Source: Amphiscolops sp. MND2022
Lineage: Eukaryota
Assembly: GCA_964187785.1 (NCBI GenBank)
Contig: OZ076414.1
Coordinates: forward strand, 53,010,001 to 53,074,000
Direction of reading: 5' to 3'
Length of the DNA stretch: 64,000 bases
Shown here: piece after piece, positions 45,158-59,800 of the stretch
Layout of the letters: every line of letters starts with the position of its first letter
Numbering within the stretch: the stretch's first letter is position 1
The notes under the pieces: model-generated
What the model saw: only the letters and a program-made list of their open reading frames with translations
Database searches by the model: none
What the model was told of the DNA's origin: nothing
Program-made: the position numbers and the translations under genes

Positions 45158-45317
45158 TGTGGAGTAAGGTCTACAGGTCACAGTATTACGTAACCGTCTA
45201 AAGTACCTGTCAAAACAATACTCAATCTGAACGAGTTAATTGTATTAGTATACCATATGATTTGAGACAATACAGTATTACCCTTCTTATCTTTTATCGA
45301 ACATTGAGAATACAACA
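45158..45317 (+). repeat. Array LTR 1 (160 bp, variant A)
   Basis: TGTGGAG...TACAACA with CTGAACGAGTTAATTGTAT. Confidence 0.93.
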
Positions 45318-45331
45318 TGGCGCAGTAAGCA

Positions 45332-48300
45332 ATGACTTCAAACAACTCAAAAACCGTTACGAACGAAGCAACGGGACCGAATCCTTCGAGCGAAGAATCT
45401 GAAAGAAGAGGAAGAAATAAACCTCACCAAAGGATCACCCTTTACCAATCTTCGAAAAGAAAACATTCCAGGAAGCGAAATTATGGTGGCGAAGATTCAT
45501 ACAATATGTCAAGATGACACAAGACATAGACCTGACGAACATGATGACAGACAAGGAGATAATACCCGAATTCCGGGAAGAAGTAGAAGTGAAAATTAAA
45601 GATATTTTCATCTGGGCGCTAGGCGAAGCAGCAGTGACCGAAATGACAAAAACGGTCAGAGACAACGACCCGAATAAAATGAACATTAACCAACGGTACA
45701 GCCTATTTAGACTTCACTTCATACCGGAGAGAAACAAGTTTCACAGCAGAGATGATTTCTTCGGTATCACTAGAGAACCGAATGAAACAGCGGAAGACGT
45801 ATGGACCAGAATACTACAAACAGAGAAAAACTGTGAATTTGACAGAGTAACCCCAGCCGAGTTAATTGCATTGAAGTTCCTATCACTTATTGGAAGATCA
45901 ACGGGCGATTATGAACTGAAGAAAAAGATCCGGAAGAGTGATATGACAATTGAAACGATAACGGATCTGATACTCGAATATATGTACGACCGGTTGAATG
46001 ATTCCAACAATTTGAATGACGGAAGAGATATAAAACACGTAAAAGAACGGCCACAAAAAAGAAAGTGGACAGAAAGACCCGTTTACGAAAGAAACAAAAA
46101 AAGACCGGACTATCACAAAGAACGACACAAAGACAACCGATGCGGACAATGCGGAGCACCAAACTGGACTAGACAACATATTTGTCCCGCGAAATCGGTG
46201 GAGTGTAGAAATTGTAAGAAAAGGGGCCACTACGAGAAGATGTGCCGCATTCCCAGAAGAATACAACATTTGGAGAGAACAACATCATCAGCGGAAGAAG
46301 ACAATTGGGACTACGACAAAATCCAGAAGATAAATAACAACAAAAAGAAAGACGATAACATTTACGTAACTCTATTGGTCAACAACGCACCAATAAAATT
46401 CATTACTGACAGTGGCTCACCGGTAACATTGATACCCCAAAGTTTATTCAACGATATAACAAGAGTGGAGAAAATGAACACCGATTACAAAAATGTAAAT
46501 AACAACAAGATCGAATTTGTTGGACAAACCAACGCAACGGTGAAGACAAACAAAACAACACTACAACTGCCACTACTAATTACAAGAGCAAATATAACAC
46601 CGTTAATGGGATTAGACTGGATGAAACGGCTGGAAATAACAATCAACTCAAACACTGAAGCAATCAAAATACACAACATAAAAATGGATGACAACCAAAA
46701 ACCAATACTGAAACTAAAAAACGAATCCAAAGATCTGTTCTACAACAACACGGAGATAAAAGAAACAGTAGTCAAAATCAATCTAAAAGAACACGCAAAC
46801 ATAATACAACAAAAAGGAAGACCAATACCTATCCATCTACAAGATCAGGTCGCCGAAGAACTGAAGAGATTAATAAAGAACGTATACTTAGAAAGAGCAA
46901 CAGAAATTACCGAAGATTGCTCCGTAAATCCGGCGGTAATAACGGTAAAGAAAGATAAATCGATAAAAATTGCACTGGACTCAAGAAAACTAAACGAAGC
47001 GACAATCAAACGAAAGGCACAGATGCCAAATATGGAAGAATTGATATCGAGAATATCACGAAAAATATCCGAAGAAACAGAAGGCGAAATAACAATAACA
47101 AAACTGGATTTCGATTATGCTTACGGACAACTAAAACTAGATGACCAAACAAGAAACCTGTGTATATTCACAGTCACAGGCGGAGAATTCACAGGATACT
47201 ACCGTTTCCTGAAAGGATTTTATGGACTGGCAGACATTCCAACAATTTTCCAGGAACGGATAGACAAAACACTTGATTTCAAACACCCCGCTTGGTTAGA
47301 CGACATCATATACGTAACCAAAGGAAGCATCGAACAGCACGAAATGGAAAAAAAAGAAACGATGAAAAAACCAGAAATGGCAGGGTATAGACTGAACCCG
47401 AAGAAATGTGAATTTTTCTAAAAAGAAGCGGAATGGATTGGACACAAAATAGATCAGAACAGAATACGACCCTTACAAGACAAATTAGAAGCAATCACAA
47501 AAATAGAAATACCAAAAAACGAAAAAGAACCAAAATCTTTCCTGGGAGCAATACAATACCTGTCAAAGTATATCGAAAACCTTTCAGCACAAACAGATAT
47601 ACTAAGAAAACTACTGAAGAAACAAAACAAGTGGATATGGACCGACGAACACACAAAAGCATTCAACAACCTAAAGAAACTAATAACACAACTACCATGC
47701 CTAGCACACTACAACCCAAAAAGCGAAAATATCCTTACAACAGATGCCAGTACTAAAGGATTGGGAGCTACATTATGGCAAAAACAAAAAGACGGAAATT
47801 TAAGCCGATTGGATTTGCCAGCAGATTTTTATCGGACACTGAAAAGAAGTACGCGATAAACGAACTGGAGCTTCTCGCAGTAGTCTGGGGACTGGAGCAT
47901 TTTCGATTATATATGTATGGTAAACCGATCGAAATACTGACTGACCATCAAGCGCTAGAACCATTAATAAAAAAAACAGATCAAACAAAACATATAGCGC
48001 AAGGTTAACAAGATGGCTGGACAGATTGGTACACTTTGATATTCAAATAAAACACGTCGCAGGAAAGCACCTAAACTTAACTGACTACTTAAGTAGAAAT
48101 CCAATACCAAAGCCAGAACCAATCGAAAATTACGATGAAGAATACGTAATTAATTGCATAATCCCTTCACTGGAATTTATAAACACGCATGGCAGCATCA
48201 CCGATGAGAAAGAACGCACAGCACGAACGGATCAAAAGAAGTCAAACCAAACGAACAACCAATCAAAATCAAGACACGTGCAGAAGCTACAAACTAACGA

Positions 48301-50499
48301 CAGCAAACATCAACACCGCAGTTCGTTGCTATCACAACAAAATTCAGTTCGCACTTACCAACTTAAAGACAATCACAGCCAAAGCAAAGAAATGGATTTG
48401 AAAACAATCGAATTGATAGAAAAACAAGACCCTTCAGCAGAAACTTTAAAATTGACAACCAGATGGAAGGAAATCACGAAACCTGGAGATTATCGTTACA
48501 CACAGGGGCAATGGAAAAGTACAATCCCCCAAGAACATTGAAAGCTGAGCAGAAAAAGAAAGAAATTGAACTCTGGCAAAGAAAAAACAATATTCTCTGG
48601 CAAAGAATGGAGGGAATAGTAAACACCGAATCTCCCGACGAAATTGAACGAAGAAAAGAGTTCCACAGAGCAATCTACAAAATAGGAACTGGCAACGCAA
48701 CGAAACCGGTCAGGGAAGAAACACGAACAGAAGTAGAAATACCGGAAATCGGAGACACCGAAACAATGTCGTCCGGTTGGGAAAACACCATTGCGGTACC
48801 GGCAATAAACTTCAAACGCTACCTGGGAGCAACCGGTGTTAGATATATAAACATGGTAAAAGCAAACAAAATCCAACAAAACAACGAGTGGGACCTGGAA
48901 GACACTGTTCGCCAAGTGGAACAAAAATTTGCAACAGACTTAAAAACAATCGCAGGCGAAACGACGAACGATGAGAAACTGTTAAAAACCCTCGTATGTA
49001 TAGAACGAAAATCACACGAACAAATGCCGGAAGAATATAAAGAGTACAAAAACCACTTGTCGACAAGATTTGGAGTCGTCTTTAACGACGACAAAATAAT
49101 CATCCCGCAAGCCCTGAGAAGAACAATCATAAACTATTACACAAAGGACACCCGGCGATTAACAAGATGTCCGCAGCTGCAAAACCGTTTTGGTGGTCAA
49201 AACTGACGAAAGAAATAAAAAACAAGTGCGATGAATGCATACAATGCAAAATGGCAGGTAAGTCCATTAAACCACAAATTCCAATGTCCGAAAAATAACT
49301 ATCTACCACCGGCCGATAAACTGAATCAAGAAATCCAATTGGATGTCATCGGACCAATAAGATTTAAGCAGCGGAGGTTTTATATACTATTCTCAATCGA
49401 CCGGTATAGTAGATGGCCGGCGGCATGCATATGCGAAGCACCCACTGGGAAAACCGCAAAAACTTTTCTAGAACAAAACATTCTACTAAATGGTATCCCA
49501 CAAACGATTAGAACGGACAAAGGCACGGCCTTTACCGGAAATGAATTCAGAACAGCATGCAAAAGGCTGAATATAAAACTAATATATGGTACGCCATATA
49601 TTCATACGGCAACCGGATTTGTAGAAAAAGGCATAAAAACGCTGAAAGATTTGATGAAAACAAAACTGGAAAATAAATGTACGGTAAGCGAAGCCTTATG
49701 CCGATCATTAATGGTAATGCGTACAACGGTCCATTCAACAATAAAAGAAACACCGTTCGAAAGACATTACGGAAGAAAACCAAGAACGGAAATAACAAGC
49801 TACTTAAATTTACCAACGGACATAAATGAATTGGTTTCAGCACGACCGGAAACACTCCAGGTGTATTCATTCAACAACGGCGATGGTGAATACGACCAAT
49901 TGATAATGAAGGCCCCACGAAAACTGAAATGCAACGTTAGTAACAAATTCCCTTACCAATTCTTAGAGAAAAAGAAACAAAATAAAAACAAATTCGAAAG
50001 TAACTATGAAACAAAACCACAAACAGCTGTAGCGGGAAGAAAACATACAATAACCACGGATACGAACAAAATAATACATCGAAAACTAATTAGTAAACCA
50101 CTGCCTAATTCATTTCAGAATCCCCTATCGCGGAGGGGAGAAAAAAGAAGAGGACCAGACGGTAAATTCGCAACACAAAAATCACCACCGACCGAAGAAG
50201 ATACAGAAGACGAACTGGAGGAAACAGAGGAACAAGACCCAAGCACGCCAAACACGTCAATAGACACGCTTGAGGACAGCTTCGACTTCGCGGCACCAAT
50301 ACAGATAGGACGAGGAAGAGCCAAAACACAAGACAAGAAGGCAAAAATACCACGAGAAGGAAACCTAAAAATGCATGTGGAGAACATGAATGTAGAACAA
50401 TTGCAACAGGCAATGGAGACAATCGATGAAAACCCGGACAACATAACAATAGTCGACAACAAAGGTAATAATGAAAATTACAACATAAAACTGAAATGA
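45332..50499 (+). pseudogene. gag-pol: gag-pol of array copy 1 (disrupted)
   Basis: Double Cys/His knuckle CGQCGAP...HICPAK..CRNCKKRGHYEKMC (Mag type), ITDSGS protease, WLDDII RT, RNase H ELELLAVVWG, integrase LDVIGP/TDKG; several frameshifts and stops. Confidence 0.92.
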
Positions 50500-50900
50500 T
50501 AGAACCAATACATAATAATAACAATAACAATAGCAACGTACAAGTCCGAAGATCAAATCGGATCAAAAACACTAATCCAATAATTAGACTAGGAAATCCA
50601 ATTACATTCTGATATTTGCAGGAAACACCGTCGAGAAGATAAACAAGAGACAACCGGGAAAACCCACGGAAGAAAAAGGATAACGGAGAGAAAAGACAGA
50701 AGAGAAAAGAATCGGAGGGAAAGCGAGGCATCAAAGATCACCACCGGTCGTAACGAAAACAACTTTCAAAACACCAGTGCTCGATGCTAATTAAGTTCAT
50801 ATTATTCATTTGTTAACCGAGTTTATGTACACGTATTGATGTACCAAATGTAAACATGTACCTACTTTTTGTTCTTATATTTGTTACCCAGAAGGGGGAA

Positions 50901-51079
50901 TGTGGAGTAAGGTCTAGAGGTCACAGTATTACGTAACCGTCTAACGTACCTGTCAAAACAATACTCAATCTGAACGATTTAACTGTATCTGAACGAGTTA
51001 ATTGTATTAGTATACCATATGATTTGAGACAATACAGTATTACCCTTCTTATCTTTTATCGAACATTGAGAATACAACA
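50901..51079 (+). repeat. Array LTR 2 (179 bp, chimeric B/A)
   Basis: Contains CTGAACGATTTAACTGTAT followed by CTGAACGAGTTAATTGTAT. Confidence 0.93.
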
Positions 51080-51093
51080 TGGCGCAGTAAGCA

Positions 51094-54000
51094 ATGACTT
51101 CAAACAACTCAAAAACCGTTACGAACGAAGCAACGGGACCGAATCCTTCGAGCGAAGAATCTGAAAGAAGAGGAAGAAATAAACCTCACCAAAAGATCAC
51201 CCTTTACCAATCTTCGAAAAGAAAACATTCCAGGAAGCGAAATTATGGTGGCGAAGATTCATACAATATGTCAAGATGACACAAGACATAGACCTGACGA
51301 ACATGATGACAGACAAGGAGATAATACCAGAATTCCGGGAAGAATTAGAAGTGAAAATTAAAGATATTTTCATCTGGGCGCTAGGCGAAGCAGCAGTGAC
51401 CGAAATGACAAAAACGGTCAGAGACAACGACCCGAATAAAATGAACATTAACCAACGGTACAGCCTATTTAGACTTCACTTCATACCGGAGAGAAACAAG
51501 TTTCACAGCAGAGATGATTTCTTCGGTATCACTAGAGAACCGAATGAAACAGCGGAAGACGTATGGACCAGAATACTACAAACAGAGAAAAACTGTGAAT
51601 TTGACAGAGTAACCCCAGCCGAGTTAATTGCATTGAAGTTCCTATCACTTATTGGAAGATCAACAGGCGATTATGAACTGAAGAAAAAGATCCGGAAGAG
51701 TGATATGACAATTGAAACGATAACGGATCTGATACTCGAATATATGTACGACCGGTTGAATGATTCCAACAATTTGAATGACGGAAGAGATATAAAACAC
51801 GTAAAAGAACGGCCACAAAAAAGAAAGTGGACAGAAAGACCCGTTTACGAAAGAAACAAAAAAAGACCGGACTATCACAAAGAACGACACAAAGACAACC
51901 GATGCGGACAATGCGGAGCACCAAACTGGACTAGACAACATATTTGTCCCGCGAAATCGGTGGAGTGTAGAAATTGCAAGAAAAGGGGCCACTACGAGAA
52001 GATGTGCCGCATTCCCAGAAGAATACAACATTTGGAGAGAACAACATCATCAGCGGAAGAAGACAATTGGGACTACGACAAAATCCAGAAGATAAATAAC
52101 AACAAAAGGAAAGACGATAACATTTACGTAACTCTATTGGTCAACAACGCACCAATAAAATTCATTACTGACAGTGGCTCACCGGTAACATTGATACCCC
52201 AAAGTTTATTCAACGATATAACAAGAGTGGAGAAAATGAACACCGATTACAAAAATGTAAATAACAACAAGATCGAATTTGTTGGACAAACCAACGCAAC
52301 GGTGAAGACAAACAAAACAACACTACAACTGCCACTACTAATTACAAGAGCAAATATAACACCGTTAATGGGATTAGACTGGATGAAACGGCTGGAAATA
52401 ACAATCAACTCAAACACTGAAGCAATCAAAATACACAACATAAAAATGGATGACAACGAAAAACGAATAGTGAAACTAAAAAACGAATCCAAAGATCTGT
52501 TCTACAACAACACGGAGATAAAAGAAACAGTAGTCAAAATCAATCTAAAAGAAAACGCAAACTTAATACAACAAAAAGGAAGACCAATACCTATCCATCT
52601 ACAAGATCAGGTCGCCGAAGAACTGAAGAGATTAATGAAGAACGTATACTTAGAAAGAGCAACAGAAATTACCGAAGATTGCTCCGTAAATCCGGCGGTA
52701 ATAACGGTAAAGAAAGATAAATCGATAAAAATTGCACTGGACTCAAGAAAACTAAACGAAGCGACAATCAAACGAAAGGCACAGATGCCAAATATGGAAG
52801 AATTGATATCGAGAATATCACGAAAAATATCCGAAGAAACAGAAGGCGAAATAACAATAACAAAACTGGATTTCGATTATGCTTACGGACAACTAAAACT
52901 AGATGACCAAACAAGAAACCTGTGTATATTCACAGTCACAGGCGGAGAATTCACAGGATACTACCGTTTCCTGAAAGGATTTTATGGACTGGCAGACATT
53001 CCAACAATTTTCCAGGAACGGATAGACAAAACACTTGATTTCAAACACCCCGCTTGGTTAGACGACATCATATACGTAACCAAAGGAAGCATCGAACAGC
53101 ACGAAATGGAAAAAAAAGAAACGATGGAAAAACCAGAAATGGCAGGGTATAGACTGAACCCGAAGAAATGTGAATTTTTCTAAAAAGAAGCGGAATGGAT
53201 TGGACACAAAATAGATCAGAACAGAATACGACCCTTACAAGACAAATTAGAAGCAATCACAAAAATAGAAATACCAAAAAACGAAAAAGAACCAAAATCT
53301 TTCCTGGGAGCAATACAATACCTGTCAAAGTATATCGAAAACCTTTCAGCACAAACAGATATACTAAGAAAACTACTGAAGAAACAAAACAAGTGGATAT
53401 GGACCGACGAACACACAAAAGCATTCAACAACCTAAAGAAACTAATAACACAACTACCATGCCTAGCACACTACAACCCAAAAAGCGAAAATATCCTTAC
53501 AACAGATGCCAGTACTAAAGTATTGGGAGCTACATTATGGCAAAAACAAAAAGACGGAAATTTAAGCCGATTGGATTTGCCAGCAGATTTTTATCGGACA
53601 CTGAAAAGAAGTACGCGATAAACGAACTGGAGCTTCTCGCAGTAGTCTGGGGACTGGAGCATTTTCGATTATATATGTATGGTAAACCGATCGAAATACT
53701 GACTGACCATCAAGCGCTAGAACCATTAATAAAAAGAAACAGATCAAACAAAACATATAGCGCAAGGTTAACAAGATGGCTGGACAGATTGGTACACTTT
53801 GATATTCAAATAAAACACGTCGCAGGAAAGCACCTAAACTTAACTGACTACTTAAGTAGAAATCCAATACCAAAGCCAGAACCAATCGAAAATTACGATG
53901 AAGAATACGTAATTAATTGCATAATCCCTTCACTGGAATTTATAAACACGCATGGCAGCATCACCGATGAGAAAGAACGCACAGCACGAACGGATCAAAA

Positions 54001-56263
54001 GAAGTCAAACCAAACGAACAACCAATCAAAATCAAGACACGTGCAGAAGCTACAAACTAACGACAGCAAACATCAACACCGCAGTTCGTTGCTATCACAA
54101 CAAAATTCAGTTCGCACTTACCAACTTAAAGACAATCACAGCCAAAGCAAAGAAATGGATTTGAAAACAATCGAGTTGATAGAAAAACAAGACCCTTCAG
54201 CAGAAACTTTAAAATTGACAACCAGATGGAAGGAAATTACGAAACCTGGAGATTATCGTTACACACAGGGGCAATGGAAAAGTACAATCCCCCAAGAACA
54301 TTAAAAGCTGAGCAGAAAAAGAAAGAAAGTGAACTCTGGCAAAGAAAAAACAATATTCTCTGGCAAAGAATGGAGGGAATAGTAAACACCGAATCTCCCG
54401 ACGAAATTGAACGAAGAAAAGAGTTCCACAGAGCAATCTACAAAATAGGAACTGGCAACGCAACGAAACCGGTCAGGGAAGAAACACGAACAGAAGTAGA
54501 AATACCGGAAATCGGAGACACCGAAACAATGTCGTCCGGTTGGGAAAACACCATTGCGGTACCGGCAATAAACTTCAAACGCTACCTGGGAGCAACCGGT
54601 GTTAGATATATAAACATGGGAAAAGCAAACAAAATCCAACAAAACAACGTGTGGGACCTGGAAGACACTGTTCGCCAAGTGGAACAAAAATTTGCAACAG
54701 ACTTAAAAACAATCGCAGGCGAAACGACGAACGATGAGAAACTGTTAAAAACCCTCGTTTGTATAGAAAGAAAATCACACGAACAAATGCCGGAAGAATA
54801 TAAAGAGTACAAAAACCACTTGTCGACAAGATTTGGAGTCGTCTTTAACGACGACAAAATAATCATCCCGCAAGCCCTGAGAAGAACAATCATAACACTA
54901 TTACACAAAGGACACCCGGCGATTAACAAGATGTCCGCAGCTGCAAAACCGTTTTGGTGGTCAAAACTGACGAAAGAAATAAAAAACAAGTGCGATGAAT
55001 GCATACCATGCAAAATGGCAGGTAAGTCCATTAAACCACAAATTCCAATGTCAGAAAAATAACTATCTACCACCGGCCGATAAACTGAATCAAGAAATCC
55101 AATTGGATGTCATCGGACCAATAAGATTTAAGCAGCGGAGATTTTATATACTATTCTCAATCGACCGGTATAGTAGATGGCCGGCGGCATGCATATGCGA
55201 AGCACCCACTGGGAAAACCGCAAAAACTTTTCTAGAACAAAACATTCTACTAAATGGTATCCCACAAACGATTAGAACGGACAAAGGCACGGCCTTTACC
55301 GGAAATGAATTCAGAACAGCATGCAAAAGGCTGAATATAAAGCTAATATATGGTACGCCATATATTCATACGGCAACCGGATTGGTAGAAAGAGGCATAA
55401 AAACGCTGAAAGATTTGATGAAAACAAAACTGGAAAATAAATGTACGGTAAGCGAAGCCTTAGGCCGATCATTAATGGTAATGCGTACAACGGTCCATTC
55501 AACAATAAAAGAAACACCGTTCGAAAGACATTACGGAAGAAAACCAAGAACGGAAATAACAAGCTACCTAAATTTACCAACGGACATAAATGAATTGGTT
55601 TCAGCACGACCGGAAACACTCCAGGTGTATTCATTCAACAACGGCGATGGTGAATACGACCAATTGATAATGAAGGCCCCACGAAAACTGAAATGCAACG
55701 TTAGTAACAAATTCCCTTACCAATTCTTAGAGAAAAAGAAACAAAATAAAAACAAATTCGAAAGTAACTATGAAACAAAACCACAAACAGCTGTAGCGGG
55801 AAGAAAACATACAATAACCACGGATACGAACAAAATAATACATCGAAAACTAATTAGTAAACCACTGCCTAATTCATTTCAGAATCCCCTATCGCGGAGG
55901 GGAGAAAAAAGAAGAGGACCAGACGGTAAATTCGCAACACAAAAATCACCACCGACCGAAGAAGATACAGAAGACGAACTGGAGGAAACAGAGGAACAAG
56001 ACCCAAGCACGCCAAACACGTCAATAGACACGCTTGAGGACAGCTTCGACTTCGCGGCACCAATACAGATAGGACGAGGAAGAGCCAAAACACAAGACAA
56101 GAAGGCAAAAATACCACGAGAAGGAAACCTAAAAATGCATGTGGAGAACATGAATGTAGAACAATTGCAACAGGCAATGGAGACAATCGATGAAAACCCG
56201 GACAACATAACAATAGTCGACAACAAAGGTAATAATGAAAATTACAACATAAAACTGAAATGA
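51094..56263 (+). pseudogene. gag-pol: gag-pol of array copy 2 (disrupted)
   Basis: Near-identical to copy 1, with shared and private lesions. Confidence 0.92.
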
Positions 56264-56664
56264 TAGAACCAATACATAATAATAACAATAACAATAGCAA
56301 CGTACAAGTCCGAAGATCAAATCGGATCAAAAACACTAATCCAATAATTAGACTAGGAAATCCAATTACATTCTGATATTTGCAGGAAACACCGTCGAGA
56401 AGATAAACAAGAGACAACCGGGAAAACCCACGGAAGAAAAAGGATAACGGAGAGAAAAGACAGAAGAGAAAAGAATCGGAGGGAAAGCGAGGCATCAAAG
56501 ATCACCACCGGTCGTAACGAAAACAACTTTCAAAACACCAGTGCTCGATGCTAATTAAGTTCATATTATTCATTTGTTAACCGAGTTTATGTACACGTAT
56601 TGATGTACCAAATGTAAACATGTACCTACTTTTTGTTCTTATATTTGTTACCCAGAAGGGGGAA

Positions 56665-56843
56665 TGTGGAGTAAGGTCTAGAGGTCACAGTATTACGTAA
56701 CCGTCTAACGTACCTGTCAAAACAATACTCAATCTGAACGATTTAACTGTATCTGAACGAGTTAATTGTATTAGTATACCATATGATTTGAGACAATACA
56801 GTATTACCCTTCTTATCTTTTATCGAACATTGAGAATACAACA
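56665..56843 (+). repeat. Array LTR 3 (179 bp, chimeric B/A)
   Basis: Same 19-bp tandem duplication as LTR 2. Confidence 0.93.
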
Positions 56844-56857
56844 TGGCGCAGTAAGCA

Positions 56858-59800
56858 ATGACTTCAAACAACTCAAAAACCGTTACGAACGAAGCAACGG
56901 GACCGAATCCTTCGAGCGAAGAATCTGAAAGAAGAGGAAGAAATAAACCTCACCAAAAGATCACCCTTTACCAATCTTCGAAAAGAAAACATTCCAGGAA
57001 GCGAAATTATGGTGGCGAAGATTCATACAATATGTCAAGATGACACAAGACATAGACCTGACGAACATGATGACAGACAAGGAGATAATACCCGAATTAC
57101 GGGAAGAATTAGAAGTGAAAATTAAAGATATTTTCATCTGGGCGCTAGGCGAAGCAGCAGTGACCGAAATGACAAAAACGGTCAGAGACAACGACCCGAA
57201 TAAAATGAACATTAACCAACGGTACAGCCTATTTAGACTTCACTTCATACCGGAGAGAAACAAGTTTCACAGCAGAGATGATTTCTTCGGTATCACTAGA
57301 GAACCGAATGAAACAGCGGAAGACGTATGGACCAGAATACTACAAACAGAGAAAAACTGTGAATTTGACAGAGTAACCCCAGCCGAGTTAATTGCATTGA
57401 AGTTCCTATCACTTATTGGAAGATCAACGGGCGATTATGAACTGAAGAAAAAGATCCGGAAGAGTGATATGACAATTGAAACGATAACGGATCTGATACT
57501 CGAATATATGTACGACCGGTTGAATGATTCCAACAACTTGAATGACGGAAGAGATATAAAACACGTAAAAGAACGGCCACAAAAAAGAAAGTGGACAGAA
57601 AGACCCGTTTACGAAAGAAACAAAAAAAGACCGGACTATCACAAAGAACGACACAAAGACAACCGATGCGGACAATGCGGAGCACCAAACTGGACTAGAC
57701 AACATATTTGTCCCGCGAAATCGGTGGAGTGTAGAAATTGCAAGAAAAGGGGCCACTACGAGAAGATGTGCCGCATTCCCAGAAGAATACAACATTTGGA
57801 GAGAACAACATCATCAGCGGAAGAAGACAATTGGGACTACGACAAAATCCAGAAGATAAATAACAACAAAAAGAAAGACGATAACATTTACGTAACTCTA
57901 TTGGTCAACAACGCACCAATAAAATTCATTACTGACAGTGGCTCACCGGTAACATTGATACCCCAAAGTTTATTCAACGATATAACAAGAGTGGAGAAAA
58001 TGAACACCGATTACAAAAATGTAAATAACAACAAGATCGAATTTGTTGGACAAACCAACGCAACGGTGAAGACAAACAAAACAACACTACAATGCCACTA
58101 CTAATTACAAGAGCAAATATAACACCGTTAATGGGATTAGACTGGATGAAACGGCTGGAAATAACAATCAACTCAAACACTGAAGCAATCAAAATACACA
58201 ACATAATAATGGATGACAACGAAAAACGAATACTGAAACTAAAAAACGAATCCGAAGATCTGTTCTACAACAACACGAAGATAAAAGAAACAGTAGTCAA
58301 AATCAATCTAAAAGAAAACGCAAACATAATACAACAAAAAGGAAGACCAATACCTATCCATCTACAAGATCAGGTCGCCGAAGAACTGAAGAGATTAATA
58401 AAGAACGTATACTTAGAAAGAGCAACAGAAATTACCGAAGATTGCTCCGTAAATCCGGCGGTAATAACGGTAAAGAAAGATAAATCGATAAAAATTGCAC
58501 TGGACTCAAGAAAACTAAACGAAGCGACAATCAAACGAAAGGCACAGATGCCAAAAATGGAAGAATTGATATCGAGAATATCACGAAAAATATCCGAAGA
58601 AACAGAAGGCGAAATAACAATAACAAAACTGGATTTCGATTATGCTTACGGACAACTAAAACTAGATGACCAAACAAGAAACCTGTGTATATTCACAGTC
58701 ACAGGCGGAGAATTCACAGGATACTACCGTTTCCTGAAAGGATTTTATGGACTGGCAGACATTCCAACAATTTTCCAGGAACGGATAGACAAAACACTTG
58801 ATTTCAAACACCCCGCTTGGTTAGAAGACATCATATACGTAACCAAAGGAAGCATCGAACAGCACGAAATGGAAAAAAAAGAAACGATGAAAAAACCAGA
58901 AAAGGCAGGGTATAGACTGAACCCGAAGAAATGTGAATTTTTAAAAAAGAAGCAGAATGGATTGGACACAAAATAGATCAGAACAGAATACGACCCTTAC
59001 AAGTCAAATTAGAAGCAATCACAAAAATAGAAATACCAAAAAACGAAAAAGAACCAAAATCTTTCCTGGGAGCAATACAATACCTGTCAAAGTATATCGA
59101 AAACCTTTCAGCACAAACAGATATACTAAGAAAACTACTGAAGAAACAAAACAAGTGGATATGGACCGACGAACACACAAAAGCATTCAACAACCTAAAG
59201 AAACTAATAACACAACTACCATGCCTAGCACACTACAACCCAAAAAGCGAAAATATCCTTACAACAGATGCCAGTACTAAAGGATTGGGAGCTACATTAT
59301 GGCAAAAACAAAAAGACGGAAATTTAAGCCGATTGGATTTGCCAGCAGATTTTTATCGGACACTGAAAAGAAGTACGCGATAAACGAACTGGAGCTTCTC
59401 GCAGTAGTCTGGGGACTGGAACATTTTCGATTATATATGTATGGTAAACCGATCGAAATACTGACTGACCATCAAGCGCTAGAACCATTAATAAAAAGAA
59501 ACAGATCAAACAAAACATATAGCGCAAGGTTAACAAGATGGCTGGACAGATTGGTACACTTTGATATTCAAATAAAACACGTCGCAGGAAAGCACCTAAA
59601 CTTAACTGACTACTTAAGTAGAAATCCAATACCAAAGCCAGAACCAATCGAAAATTACGATGAAGAATACGTAATTAATTGCATAATCCCTTCACTGGAA
59701 GTTATAAATACGCATGGCAGCATCACCGATGAGAAAGAACGCACAGCACGAACGGATCAAAAGAAGTCAAACCAAACGAACAACCAATCAAAATCAAGAC

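Noticed and set aside
50105-50734. Hydrophobic 209-aa minus-strand ORF repeated in each array unit (also 55869, 61632) as an env or membrane protein
   Set aside because: It is antisense to A-rich integrase tail and 3' UTR sequence; Leu/Phe/Val richness follows from the strand skew.
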